In this document: positions 53,889 to 64,000 of the stretch, one piece after another
How positions within the stretch are numbered: the stretch's first letter is position 1
Layout of the letters: the number at the start of each line of letters is the position of its first letter
The notes under the pieces: generated by a model
What the model was told of the DNA's origin: nothing
What the model saw: the letters and a program-made list of their open reading frames with translations, nothing else
Databases searched by the model: none
Made by a program: the position numbers and the translations under genes
NCBI GenBank assembly: GCA_963665115.1
Contig: OY762007.1
Location: 3,648,001-3,712,000, forward strand
Reading direction: 5' to 3'
DNA from: an uncultured Rivularia sp.
GTDB lineage: Bacteria > Cyanobacteriota > Cyanobacteriia > Cyanobacteriales > Nostocaceae
DNA length: 64,000 nt

Positions 53889-54518
53889 ATAAGTCTACAA
53901 GGAGTAGGGAATAGGGAACGGGGAAAAGTTATAACAAGTAAATCAGGAAAACTGCAATTATACTTTGGAACTACGAGAATAAACCCAGTAGCACAATATA
54001 AGCAGCATAGCTGAACGCAAGCTGCTGAAAAGTCTGCATCTTTAATTGATTCAACAGCATCATCTACTGAAAATTAAATTCGATAAATATCTATTTATTC
54101 TGTTTCAACTCCATTCCAATTTTCAGCTTGTTACTTCACAAATCTTGCTACCAGTTCGTTTATTGTACCCCGACGAGTAGTACCAAGGATAACCGGGATA
54201 AATATATTACTTCTATTTACTGTAGTTATTAACGAACATAAAAAAAATATACTTAAATCAATTAAATAGAAATATTTGTTGATTTATTTTCATGTTTAAA
54301 TATCCGTTTTACTGCAATCATAAATATAATTACTTGCTCGATATTTTTTTCATTGGTATAAAAGATTAAGAGGTTAATGACCTCAAGATAAGTGCAAGTA
54401 AATTTTTTTTAACTTTCGACTCGCTTTTATACCCAATCTGTTTTATATTTTGATTTTTAAGACTGAAGATATAGTTTGCTCAACTACCCACCGTAAATTA
54501 TCTATAGGTTAGTACAAC

Positions 54519-55331
54519 ATGAATTCTTATTTAGCAGCTGCTATCCAAATGACTAGCGTGCCTGATTTACAGCAGAATTTGGCACAGGCTGAAGAATTGA
54601 TTGATGTAGCCGTGCGTAAAGGTGCCCAGTTAGTGGGTTTACCGGAAAATTTTTCGTTTATGGGAGAGGAAAAAGAAAAGCTTGTACAAGCCGAAGTCAT
54701 TGCTAAGGAGACTCAAATTTTTCTGAAAAAAATGGCACAGCGTTACCAAGTGAATATTATTGGTGGTGGTTATCCCGTACCTTCGGATGACGTTGACAAG
54801 GTTTTTAATACTGCTTCGCTGATAGATTCCAACGGCGAGGAATTATCGCACTATCGCAAAGTACATTTATTTGATGTGAATGTTCCTGACGGTAATACTT
54901 ATCGAGAATCTACTACGGTAATGGCTGGTAAAGAACTACCTCCTGTGTATTCCTCAAAACAATTAGGAAATATCGGACTTTCAGTTTGTTACGATGTTCG
55001 CTTCCCCGAAGTTTACAGACATCTGTCGCAAAAAGGTGCCGACGTAATGTTTGTTCCCGCTGCTTTTACCGCCTTTACTGGTAAAGATCATTGGCAAGTA
55101 TTATTACAAGCCCGCGCCATTGAAAACACTTGCTACATAATTGCTCCAGCCCAAACAGGCGTACATTATAACCGTCGTCAAACCCACGGACACGCCATGA
55201 TTATTGACCCTTGGGGAGTGATTTTAGCCGATGCTGGAGAAAAACCGGGAGTGGCGATCGCCGAAATAAATCCCGCCAGAATCGAGCAAGTCCGCCGTCA
55301 AATGCCCAGTTTAGAACATCGGGTATTTTAA
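54519..55331 (+). CDS. Carbon-nitrogen hydrolase (Nit1/deaminated-glutathione amidase-like)
   Basis: LPE, YRKVHLFD, VCYDVRFPE and ARAIEN motifs. Confidence 0.9.
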   Translation: MNSYLAAAIQMTSVPDLQQNLAQAEELIDVAVRKGAQLVGLPENFSFMGEEKEKLVQAEVIAKETQIFLKKMAQRYQVNIIGGGYPVPSDDVDKVFNTASLIDSNGEELSHYRKVHLFDVNVPDGNTYRESTTVMAGKELPPVYSSKQLGNIGLSVCYDVRFPEVYRHLSQKGADVMFVPAAFTAFTGKDHWQVLLQARAIENTCYIIAPAQTGVHYNRRQTHGHAMIIDPWGVILADAGEKPGVAIAEINPARIEQVRRQMPSLEHRVF

Positions 55332-55363
55332 TATTATCAACACAAAATAAATCATTTTTAACA

Positions 55364-55501
55364 GGAATTCAAGAGGGTGTAATGCTTAATTCCGGTGCGA
55401 GTAAATCTTTAGTTTACAAAGGACAATCTTTAGTAGGTTATACACCCCGCCCGGTGCCTCATGCAGTTGCATTGATTGACAGCGAATCTGGTTGTAATTA
55501 A
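55364..55501 (+). pseudogene. Orphan C-terminal gene fragment
   Basis: GIQEGVMLNSGASKSLVYKGQSLVGYTPRPVPHAVAL resembles the MLDSGASTSL...PRPVPH tail of cyanobacterial polysaccharide deacetylase/phosphodiester glycosidase proteins (recalled). Confidence 0.55.
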
Positions 55502-55854
55502 GTTTTTTTGGCTTTTATTTTTCAATTTTTCTGTGAGACAGGCATTTATTGTCTGTCTTTTTTATCATGATTTTTCTATGAATAATTAGTTAACAAACGG
55601 TTATCGAATCATTTTGATAAAGTTAAAAATGGATTGCAACAAAATGTATATTTATGCTTGTATTAAACTAGTTACAAAGTACTTACTAAAACTGATGAGA
55701 ATAAACTTTGGAAGTTGTTTGCAGATACAATTACTCAAAAATATCACAATAAAATATCATTGAAAGTAAGTAATCAACTTGCATTATTCGTTAAGTCCGA
55801 AATCCCACCTTGAAATCGTCTTTATTACAAATAATCATCCGAACTTTTTCTGTT

Positions 55855-56388
55855 TCATTCTTCAATCACATTAGTGACAATGTTTCCTCCGGGCATAATA
55901 GTTTTACTCAGATAGCAAGTACATAAGGCACGCGAGCTATCTTCATCTGTAAGCACATTTCTAAGATTGCATTTGTAAAAAGATGTTTCATCCAAGAGAG
56001 TTCTTGTAAGGTTTGCACCTTCTAAATCAACGGTGTCCATACCAACTTCGATTAAGCTAGCCCCTTCAAAATTAACTCGCTTTAAATTGCAATTTCTTAA
56101 AGTGGCACCGTTCAGTTCGGCACCATTGAGATTAGCATCACTTAACTCAACATCCTCTAAAAGAATATCAAGGAAATTAACACCACTTAGATTTGCGTTA
56201 TTCAAGTTGATATTTTTCAAATGGGCATTGTACAAATCTGCACCACTAAGGTTGATGCCACTAAGATTGATTCCTTGCAAACTAATGCGCCTCAAACTGG
56301 CTTTACTAAAATCTCTTTCCCCAGCAGCATACTTTTCCAATAATTCTTCAGCATCTATAATCAATTTTTCACATTCTATCGGACGCAC
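55855..56388 (-). CDS. Pentapeptide repeat protein
   Basis: ELLEKYAAGERDF, pentapeptide repeats and TIMPGG. Confidence 0.88.
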   Translation of the reverse strand: MRPIECEKLIIDAEELLEKYAAGERDFSKASLRRISLQGINLSGINLSGADLYNAHLKNINLNNANLSGVNFLDILLEDVELSDANLNGAELNGATLRNCNLKRVNFEGASLIEVGMDTVDLEGANLTRTLLDETSFYKCNLRNVLTDEDSSRALCTCYLSKTIMPGGNIVTNVIEE

Positions 56389-56721
56389 GGAACAAGCTTA
56401 ATCAACTTATATGATGGGATGATTTTCAGTCCCCTTTTAGAGGACTTTCGCTATTAGACTTAGGTTTGCAACTTAAAGCGAGTTAACGATTTATCCGACA
56501 ACTTTGCAGTCATGATGGTGCGTTACGCGCTCCGCGATAACACACCCTACTATTTATTATAAATTGGGCTACAACCAACAATTATCAACTAACCACCAAT
56601 ACAACAAAAAACCGGGGAACAATACTTACCCGGTTCGGTCATTTTATACAGAATCCTTAGTAAAGTTGGGACACGCTTATATGGTGTCCCTATTTACTTG
56701 CTAATTTTGAAGATTCTTAAA

Positions 56722-57801
56722 CTATACTTTCGCAGTAGATTTGGTTTTAGCAGAAAGTTCGCCACTAGCATACTTAGCTGCAAACTCATCTAAAGGAATT
56801 TGCTTGATCTTGCTAGCATGACCAGCAGTACCAAACGCTTCATAACGATCCAAACAAACCTGCTTCATGTACTTGATGGAAGGCTTGAGGAAGTGACGGG
56901 GGTCAAAGTTGGCTGGATCTTTTGCAGCAGCTTCGCGGAAAGCGGCGGTGATAGCCAAACGGTTATCGGTGTCGATGTTCACCTTACGTACACCACTCTT
57001 GATACCTTTCTGAATTTCTTCAACAGGTACACCGTAGGTTTCAGGAATCTTACCACCATACTTGTTAATCATATCCAACCACTCTTGAGGTACGGAAGAA
57101 GAACCGTGCATTACAAGGTGGGTGTTGGGTAGACGGTTGTGGATTTCTTCAATTCGGCTGATTGCCAAAACTTCACCAGTAGGCTTACGAGTAAACTTGT
57201 AAGCACCGTGGCTGGTTCCAATCGCAACTGCTAGCGCATCAACTTGAGTTCTTTCTACAAATTCAACAGCTTCATCGGGATCTGTTAAAAGTTGCTCTCT
57301 GCTGAGTTTTCCTTCAGCACCGTGTCCATCTTCAGCTTCACCCATTCCAGTTTCCAAAGAACCCAAACAACCGAGTTCTCCTTCAACACTGGCACCAACT
57401 GAGTGAGCAACTTTCACAACTTCAGCGGTAACGTTCACGTTGTACTCAAAGCTAGCTGGAGTCTTCGCATCAGCTTCCAAAGAACCATCCATCATTACGC
57501 TGGTGAAACCGTTACGAATTGCAGAATAGCAAGTAGTAGGGCTGTTACCGTGGTCTTGGTGCATAGCAATGGGAATATTTGGATGAGTTTCCACTGCTGC
57601 CAAAATCAGGTGGCGCAAGAAGTTTTCTCCTGCATACTTACGCGCACCGCGAGAAGCCTGTAAAATCACGGGGCTATCAGCTTCTACAGCAGCTTCCATG
57701 ATTGCCAGGATTTGCTCCATGTTATTGACATTGTAAGCTGGGATGCCGTAACCGTTCTCAGCAGCATGATCCAACAGCAGACGCATTGGTACGAGCGCCA
57801 T
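56722..57801 (-). CDS. fba: Fructose-bisphosphate aldolase class II
   Basis: [34 protein letters not shown] and KVNIDTD motifs. Confidence 0.96.
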   Translation of the reverse strand: MALVPMRLLLDHAAENGYGIPAYNVNNMEQILAIMEAAVEADSPVILQASRGARKYAGENFLRHLILAAVETHPNIPIAMHQDHGNSPTTCYSAIRNGFTSVMMDGSLEADAKTPASFEYNVNVTAEVVKVAHSVGASVEGELGCLGSLETGMGEAEDGHGAEGKLSREQLLTDPDEAVEFVERTQVDALAVAIGTSHGAYKFTRKPTGEVLAISRIEEIHNRLPNTHLVMHGSSSVPQEWLDMINKYGGKIPETYGVPVEEIQKGIKSGVRKVNIDTDNRLAITAAFREAAAKDPANFDPRHFLKPSIKYMKQVCLDRYEAFGTAGHASKIKQIPLDEFAAKYASGELSAKTKSTAKV

Positions 57802-58097
57802 ATATATTCCTCCTAATTTAGTTATTAGCTAATCTGTTTTAAGACAAGCGTAATTCTTACGTTAATCTTAATATTTTTTTCAACTTATAGGAAATTATAA
57901 CTATTTGTGCGTACCTATGTTTAAAAAGTTTCTAGCTAAAGGTTAAAGGTTAAAGGTCGAATCATTCTTAAATTTTGAAGAAACGCGAGCCGAAACTATT
58001 GAAAAATCAAAATCAAGAAAAAACCAAGGTCTTCCATTCCTTGAGATTTAATTTAAACCTTTGACCTTTAGGCTCTTACCTTTGACCTACATTTAAA

Positions 58098-58169
58098 TGG
58101 GTAGCCTGGGATTCGAACCCAGAACAAATCGGTTAAAAGCCGAGTACTCTACCGTTGAGCTAGCCACCC
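58098..58169 (-). tRNA. tRNA-Lys (anticodon TTT)
   Basis: Minus strand GGGTGGCTAGCTCAACGGTAGAG...CTCGG-CTTTTAA-CCGAT...GGTTCGAATCC...CTACCCA. Confidence 0.95.
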
Positions 58170-58230
58170 ATCGCATTTTGTGCGACTTATGAATAATAGC
58201 ATAGAACCCTCTTATTTTGTAAAGGGGTTT

Positions 58231-59100
58231 TTAGAAAAAATTTGCGGTGAGACGAATCATTGCTGAATGACTAGCCCCAGGTTGCAGTACAGTCAAGTGT
58301 TCTGCGGTGTTCATGGCATTCCGTGGTCCGCTCCAAGGCTCCAAGCAATAAAAGTCTTTACCTTTGACCGCCCAAAATACCAAGGTTGAGAAATTATCAT
58401 CGTATTCCAGCGTCATTTTCAACTTACGACCTTTATCTGTAACGCTGGTAGATTTTGCACTTAGCTTTGTAAATGCAACATCAATCTCGTCTTTACTAAA
58501 GTCGAAATTACCGTTAAACGGGTGAACTTCCTTGCTATCTTTTTCTTGAAACTCGCTTGATGGGATGTCAAACTCTAGCTGGCTTTTATCATGGGTTAAG
58601 AAGTAAGGATGAAAACCCACCGAGAAAGGCATTGCTTCGGAAGAGTTATTCTTAAATTCTTGAAGTATGGTTAGTGTATTGCCATGCAGTTGATAAGTGA
58701 AATTCACCTGAAAATCAAAAGGATAAACAGATGCAGTTTGTTCGTTGCTGTTGAGATGCAGCTTGAGAGAAACATTATCTACAGTAACTTCTTCACCTAC
58801 TTCCCAGGGTAAGTTACGACCAAAACCATGTTGCTTGAGCGTAAATTTTTTATCGTTAACGGTGTAAGTATCGTTAGGTAAATTTCCGCAAATAGGAAAC
58901 AAAATCGGATTTCCACCTCTAATGCTCATTTCCGGATTCTTAAATCGTTCTTCATCAAGATAAAAAATTTCTTTACCGTCAATGCGCCACTTCGTAATAA
59001 TACCGCCACGTTTGGGTAGCACTTCCAACTGAGACTTAGCTTTCTCGTCAGTCAGGATATAAGTTTCGTACTGTTTTTGTTCAACGTTGATAGAAAACAT
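58231..59100 (-). CDS. Aldose 1-epimerase family protein
   Basis: RGGNPILFP, QHGF, GFHPYF and CLEPW motifs. Confidence 0.9.
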   Translation of the reverse strand: MFSINVEQKQYETYILTDEKAKSQLEVLPKRGGIITKWRIDGKEIFYLDEERFKNPEMSIRGGNPILFPICGNLPNDTYTVNDKKFTLKQHGFGRNLPWEVGEEVTVDNVSLKLHLNSNEQTASVYPFDFQVNFTYQLHGNTLTILQEFKNNSSEAMPFSVGFHPYFLTHDKSQLEFDIPSSEFQEKDSKEVHPFNGNFDFSKDEIDVAFTKLSAKSTSVTDKGRKLKMTLEYDDNFSTLVFWAVKGKDFYCLEPWSGPRNAMNTAEHLTVLQPGASHSAMIRLTANFF

Positions 59101-59234
59101 AATTCAAACAAGTTAGTTGTTAGTTGTTAGTTGTTAGTTGTTAGTGGTTAGGAGTTAGGAGTTAGGAGTTTTAATTCTTTCTCCTTGTCTCCTTGTCCCC
59201 CTCTCCTACCTTTGACTTTTGACCTTTGACCTAA

Positions 59235-60269
59235 TTATTCATCTTCAGCAAAAATAAACCTGTGCAGCTCGCTTGGATCTGGCTCGGGACTGCTTTCGGC
59301 AAATTCTACTGCTTCGTCTACGGTTGCTTGAATTTTGCGCTCTATGTCTTTAAGTTCTTCTTGAGAAGCTAAGTTTTGTTCGACTAAATAAGCGGCAAAT
59401 TTCTTGATCGGATCGCGAGAGAACCAAAATTCTTTTTCTTCTTTACTACGCATTTCGTCTGGATCTGCTAATGAGTGACCCCGGAAACGGTAGGTAAGCG
59501 CTTCGATTAATGTTGGCCCTTCCCCAGCACGAGCGCGTAATACTGCCTCTTGAGCAACCGAACGAACTGCTAATACGTCCATTCCATCAACTTCTACTCC
59601 ATGCATACCGAATACGCTGGCTTTTTTGTAGATTTCTGGTTGAGAAGTAGCGCGTTCGTGGGACATTCCAATTGCCCACTTATTGTTTTCTACCACGAAA
59701 AGAATCGGCAGTTTCCATAAAGCAGCCATATTTAATGTTTCATAAAATTGACCGTTATTGCAGGCTCCATCGCCAAAAAAGCAGGCTGTAACTTGATCGG
59801 CGTTTTCATCTCCGAGAACTTCGCGACGGTACTTGGTTTGAAAAGCCGCTCCCGCAGCAACCGGAATACCTTCAGCAACGAATGCATAACCGCCTAACAA
59901 ACCATGTTCTTTGGAAAACATATGCATCGAACCACCGCGCCCTTTGCTGCAACCAGTGGCTTTACCAAATAACTCCGCCATTACTTGTTTTGCCGGAACT
60001 CCCGCACTCAGGGCATGAACGTGGTCGCGGTAAGTACTCGATACAAAATCTTCACCCGGTCGCATTGCTTTAATCACACCGCTAGAAACCGCTTCTTGAC
60101 CGTTGTACAGGTGAACAAAACCGAACATTTTGCCTCTGTAGTACATTTCGGCGCACTTGTCTTCAAAAAAACGCCCCAAAATCATGTCTTCATAGACTCG
60201 TAAACCTTCTTCCTTGGTTATTTGTGCGGTGGTCGCATTGAAATCGGGTAAAGTACGTTCTTGAATCAT
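59235..60269 (-). CDS. pdhA: Pyruvate dehydrogenase E1 alpha subunit
   Basis: [22 protein letters not shown]...NN and TYRFRGHS motifs. Confidence 0.96.
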   Translation of the reverse strand: MIQERTLPDFNATTAQITKEEGLRVYEDMILGRFFEDKCAEMYYRGKMFGFVHLYNGQEAVSSGVIKAMRPGEDFVSSTYRDHVHALSAGVPAKQVMAELFGKATGCSKGRGGSMHMFSKEHGLLGGYAFVAEGIPVAAGAAFQTKYRREVLGDENADQVTACFFGDGACNNGQFYETLNMAALWKLPILFVVENNKWAIGMSHERATSQPEIYKKASVFGMHGVEVDGMDVLAVRSVAQEAVLRARAGEGPTLIEALTYRFRGHSLADPDEMRSKEEKEFWFSRDPIKKFAAYLVEQNLASQEELKDIERKIQATVDEAVEFAESSPEPDPSELHRFIFAEDE

Positions 60270-60969
60270 TATTTTTCCTATAAACTCCGTGGTAACACTT
60301 AAAGAGATAATTTTTGTAACAGGGACTCTATATTGCTAGATCGGCAGTCAAAGACCGTTGACGATACGCAATTTTTAATGGATTGGTTAATCCTGGTTTC
60401 TATAAGTACTTACACTGCCTCGACTCTTATAGATTACCGTTTCAGGATATCAATATTCTGCATTTTGATTAACAAATCACATTTAGACAGCAAATATCCG
60501 GAATATCTCTGTAGATATTTGTACTTAAATCCCAATTGTGATAATATCTTTTTCTCGTTTGGGAAAAAAAAATACAAGGGTTTGCTTAACTTTCTAGGGT
60601 TATAGGAAAAAGCCTTTATCTACCAATGCATTGTTCTTTATCGAACAAAAGTATTGTTGTGCAAGTACAGCATTTATATATAGGGTGTATTTAACAATGT
60701 AGTCCTGAAGAAGGGTAATATCTAAATTATGTCTTCTTAAAGACTTCTGTTACACTAAGCACATTTAATTAATGTAGGAGGTTGAAAATCCGCTTTAATT
60801 TACACTCATCGGCGACTAATTGACTCTATCTGAAGGGAGGTATAGGTAAAGATGTCGCGATACATACTTGTAGTGTGAAGTCACTGGGTTATTATTATGG
60901 CACGGTTTTACAAGCCCAAGAATATATTAAGAAAACTTTATCGATGAAGGCTGAGCGGGGAAGTAGACT

Positions 60970-63268
60970 GTGCAAATTCCGCTAGATTATTACCGAATTT
61001 TAGGAATTCCGATGGCGGCAAGTGATGAGCAGTTGCGTCAAGCATACAGCGATCGCATTGTCGGATTGCCGCGACGGGAATATTCCCATACAGCAATAGC
61101 ATATCGAAAAAAACTTATAGAAGAAGCATACGTGGTTTTATCAGATCCGAAAGAACGCTCCGAATACGATCGAGTTTATTTGACACACGCTTACACTCCG
61201 GAAGACGGGCGCGATAGCAGTGTGGCGGTTGCGAAACGGGCACCGGGCAGTCAAGCTGACATCGAATCTAAAACTCTAGGTATTGATATTTCCCAAGAAG
61301 AATTGATTGGCGCTTTGATGCTTTTGCAGGAGTTGGGAGAATACGAACAGGTTTTAAATTTAGGTCGTCCATACTTAGTTCGTCAAAATGGTAAAGTAGC
61401 GGAGCCTTCAGAACAAGCACAATTGAGCGCCGAACAAAACGCTCAGCGTCCCGATGTTGTTCTCACCGTTGCCCTTGCCTGTTTGGAACTCGGTCGCGAA
61501 CAATGGCAGCAAGCTCATTACGAAAATGCAGCTGTATCGTTAGAAACTGGTTTAGAACTGTTATCCAATGAAGGATTATTTCAAAACGTTCAAGCTGAAA
61601 TAGAAGCGGATCTAAATCGACTGCGACCCTTATCGCATTTTAGAATTGCTGGCATTACCACTAGAGAAAACTGCCGAACGACAACAAGGTTTACGGTTAT
61701 TACAAGAAGTACTACTTTCTCGTGGCGGAATTGATGGCACGGTTAAAGATGAATCCGGTTTAAACGTAGATGATTTTCTGCGATTTATTCAGCAATTGCG
61801 TCACTATTTAACGGTTGCAGAGCAACACAAGCTATTTGAACAAGAAAGCAAGCGTCCTTCTGCTGTCGCTACTTATTTAGCTGTATACGCTTTGATAGCA
61901 CGAGGATTTACTCAACGTCAACCTGCTTTAGTCCGTCAAGCAAAACAAATGTTGATTCATCTGGGTAAACGTCAAGACGTACATTTAGAACAATCTTTGT
62001 GTGCCTTAGTCTTAGGACAAACCCAAGAAGCAACTCGGGCTTTGGAATTAAGTCAGGAGTACGAAGCTTTAGCTTTTATTCGAGAAAATTCTCATGATTC
62101 TCCCGATTTGCTACCCGGACTGTGTTTATATTCAGAAACTTGGTTGCAAAGTGAGGTATTTCCTCATTTTCGGGATTTGAAAAATCGACAAGCTTCTTTA
62201 AAAGAATATTTTGCTGACGACCAAGTGCAGGCTTATTTGGAAGCATTACCCAGAGATAATCAAACAAATCGACAGTCGAATCCTCAACCTCAATCAAATA
62301 ATCAAAACAACCAAAATACTCAGAAGACTCAAAGTAAAAGCAATTCTAATGTTGTTTATCGACAATTTAATAACCACAGGCAAACACCACCAGGGTATGC
62401 TCAACAAACAAGTTCTAATGTTCCAGCTACAACCGATTCCTTAACACCTAACGAAACACCAGTATCAGTGGGACCGCTTCCTTATTCAGAACGCTTCCGG
62501 AACAACAACCGCGTTCAAAATGGTTCTGCAAGAGCGATGACAACGACTGGTGTATCTCCAACCAACGGCCGCAAAAGACGCAAGCAGACTGAAATTCCCA
62601 AATCAGGAGTTGCTGTGGATGGTACACCTCGCCCTAGAGTAACTAGACGACGTGCCGCTCCATCAAACTTGCAAAAAAGAACCCGTTTTATTTGGTTAAT
62701 TTTTGGTTCTTTATCGGGCTTATTAGTTTTATGGCTGTTGGTGGGTGCGGCTGTCGGATTATTACAAAATTTATTTTCTCCCGAACCAATGCAAGGGGAG
62801 CAGTTGAGCATACAGATAGATCAAGCACCTATAGAAATACCCACTGCTAATAGCGAACCTATTTCAGATAACGTTACTTTGACAAAAGGAACCGCAAAAG
62901 TAATAGTTGAAAATTGGCTATTAACTAAAGCAAGTGCCTTGGGAGAAAATCATAATATTGAAAGCTTAGATAATATCTTATTCGGTACCGCTCTTAATAG
63001 TTGGCGAATAGTAGCTCAACAAGTTAAAGCAAAGAACCGCTATAGAACCTTTGAGCATAACGTGAATATTGAATCAGTTGATACGATTCCTAATAATAAG
63101 AATCAAGCTGCGATTGAAGCGACAGTTACCGAACAAGCTCGCTTCTATGAAAACAGTCAAATAAACGAGCAAAGGTCTTATAACGATACTATTAGGGTTC
63201 GCTATATGGTGGTCAAAATTAATGGTAAATGGCGTATTAAGGATATGTCAGTTTTAAGTAAAAGATGA
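60970..63268 (+). CDS. ftn2: Cell division protein Ftn2/ZipN (ARC6 homolog), +1 frameshift near 61628
   Basis: IPLDYYRILG J-like domain, DLLPGLC, TM helix and C-terminal IMS domain. Removing one C restores LRPYRILELLAL. Divergent from pdhA. Confidence 0.9.
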
Positions 63269-63324
63269 TTTTTAGCGGTTAGCAGTAGGGTAGAAATTAC
63301 TTTTTGATATTTTATTTAAAACGA

Positions 63325-63360
63325 TAACACCTGGTAATTTATTGTTTCCCAGGTGTTGCT
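63325..63360. terminator. Hairpin between convergent genes
   Basis: AACACCTGG...CCAGGTGTT. Confidence 0.55.
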
Positions 63361-63415
63361 GTTTTATAGTTAAAGACACCCATTTCATCCATTTAAAATT
63401 CTTTAATGCCAGCCA

Positions 63416-64000
63416 TTACCCCAACACCACAGGCAAACTCTTGTAGCGATGCCACAACGGCATATTTATCAATTCCAGCTCCGACGCATCTATCGCCAGA
63501 CGTAAATTAGGATTGCGTTTTATCAAGTTGGCGATCGCTATTCTAGTCTCCATCCTTGCTAACGGCGCACCTAAACAAGTATGAATACCGCTACCGAATC
63601 CGAGATGCTTGTTGTGTGGGCGTGCAATATCAAATACCTCTGGATTCTCAAATGCATCTGGATCGTGATTGGCTGCTCCTAGCAAGGGGAAAACCGCCGC
63701 TCCTTTGGGAATAGTTACACCATGCAACACTACATCTTCCAGTGCATAAGCTGGTTTTGTACCTTGCACGGGACCTCTATAACGCAGAATTTCTTCGACT
63801 GCTGAATTAATTAACTCAGGCTCAGAACGCAAACTTGCCAATTGATCGGGATGTTGCAAGAGAGTCAAAACGCTATTGATAATTAGATAAACAGTAGTTT
63901 CGTAGCCTGCAATAATCAGCAGAAATACCATAGCTACTACCTCATCTTCACTCAGCTTTTCTCCTTCCGTTTCTGCTTGAATCAATGCAGTTAAAATGTC
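63416..64000 (-). CDS. Cytochrome P450, 5'-truncated by the window edge
   Basis: AGYETT, EEILR and HLGFGSGIHTCLG heme motifs. Confidence 0.93.
   Translation of the reverse strand, partial: DILTALIQAETEGEKLSEDEVVAMVFLLIIAGYETTVYLIINSVLTLLQHPDQLASLRSEPELINSAVEEILRYRGPVQGTKPAYALEDVVLHGVTIPKGAAVFPLLGAANHDPDAFENPEVFDIARPHNKHLGFGSGIHTCLGAPLARMETRIAIANLIKRNPNLRLAIDASELELINMPLWHRYKSLPVVLG

Noticed and set aside
56800..57663. Antisense ORFs inside fba (and similar shadows in pdhA, the MIP gene and ABC genes)
   Set aside because: Shadow frames of well-supported genes with biased codon usage.

Overview
A 64 kb, AT-rich chromosomal window from a filamentous, probably heterocyst-forming cyanobacterium (Nostocales-like). 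This is inferred from frequent HIP1 octamers (GCGATCGC), heptameric STRR tracts, fraC-fraD-fraE, ycf51 and ftn2. Most of it is ordinary metabolism and transport: an ars operon using an aquaporin, an aminotransferase, cobO, fba, pdhA, ABC transporters, a histidine kinase, a Ser/Thr kinase, tRNA-Arg(UCU) and tRNA-Lys(UUU). I see no transposase, integrase, CRISPR array or prophage. Features missing from the ORF track: (1) a scrambled accessory patch at 0.5-2.5 kb lying between the two halves of a split photolyase, with a duplicated 202-bp REP-doublet element and a deletion-fused TIR / unknown gene / nucleoside-deoxyribosyltransferase-like operon relic; (2) a c-di-AMP riboswitch upstream of an ArsB/NhaD transporter; (3) a head-to-tail array of at least 5 MITE-like shells with conserved ends and swappable internal cargo at about 47 kb; (4) a MITE with a TA duplication that splits a histidine phosphatase gene; (5) a candidate sRNA of about 90 nt and a 36-aa membrane protein. 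Eight genes carry single +1 homopolymer insertions, most likely sequencing or assembly errors. All family assignments come from motif recognition, not database searches.
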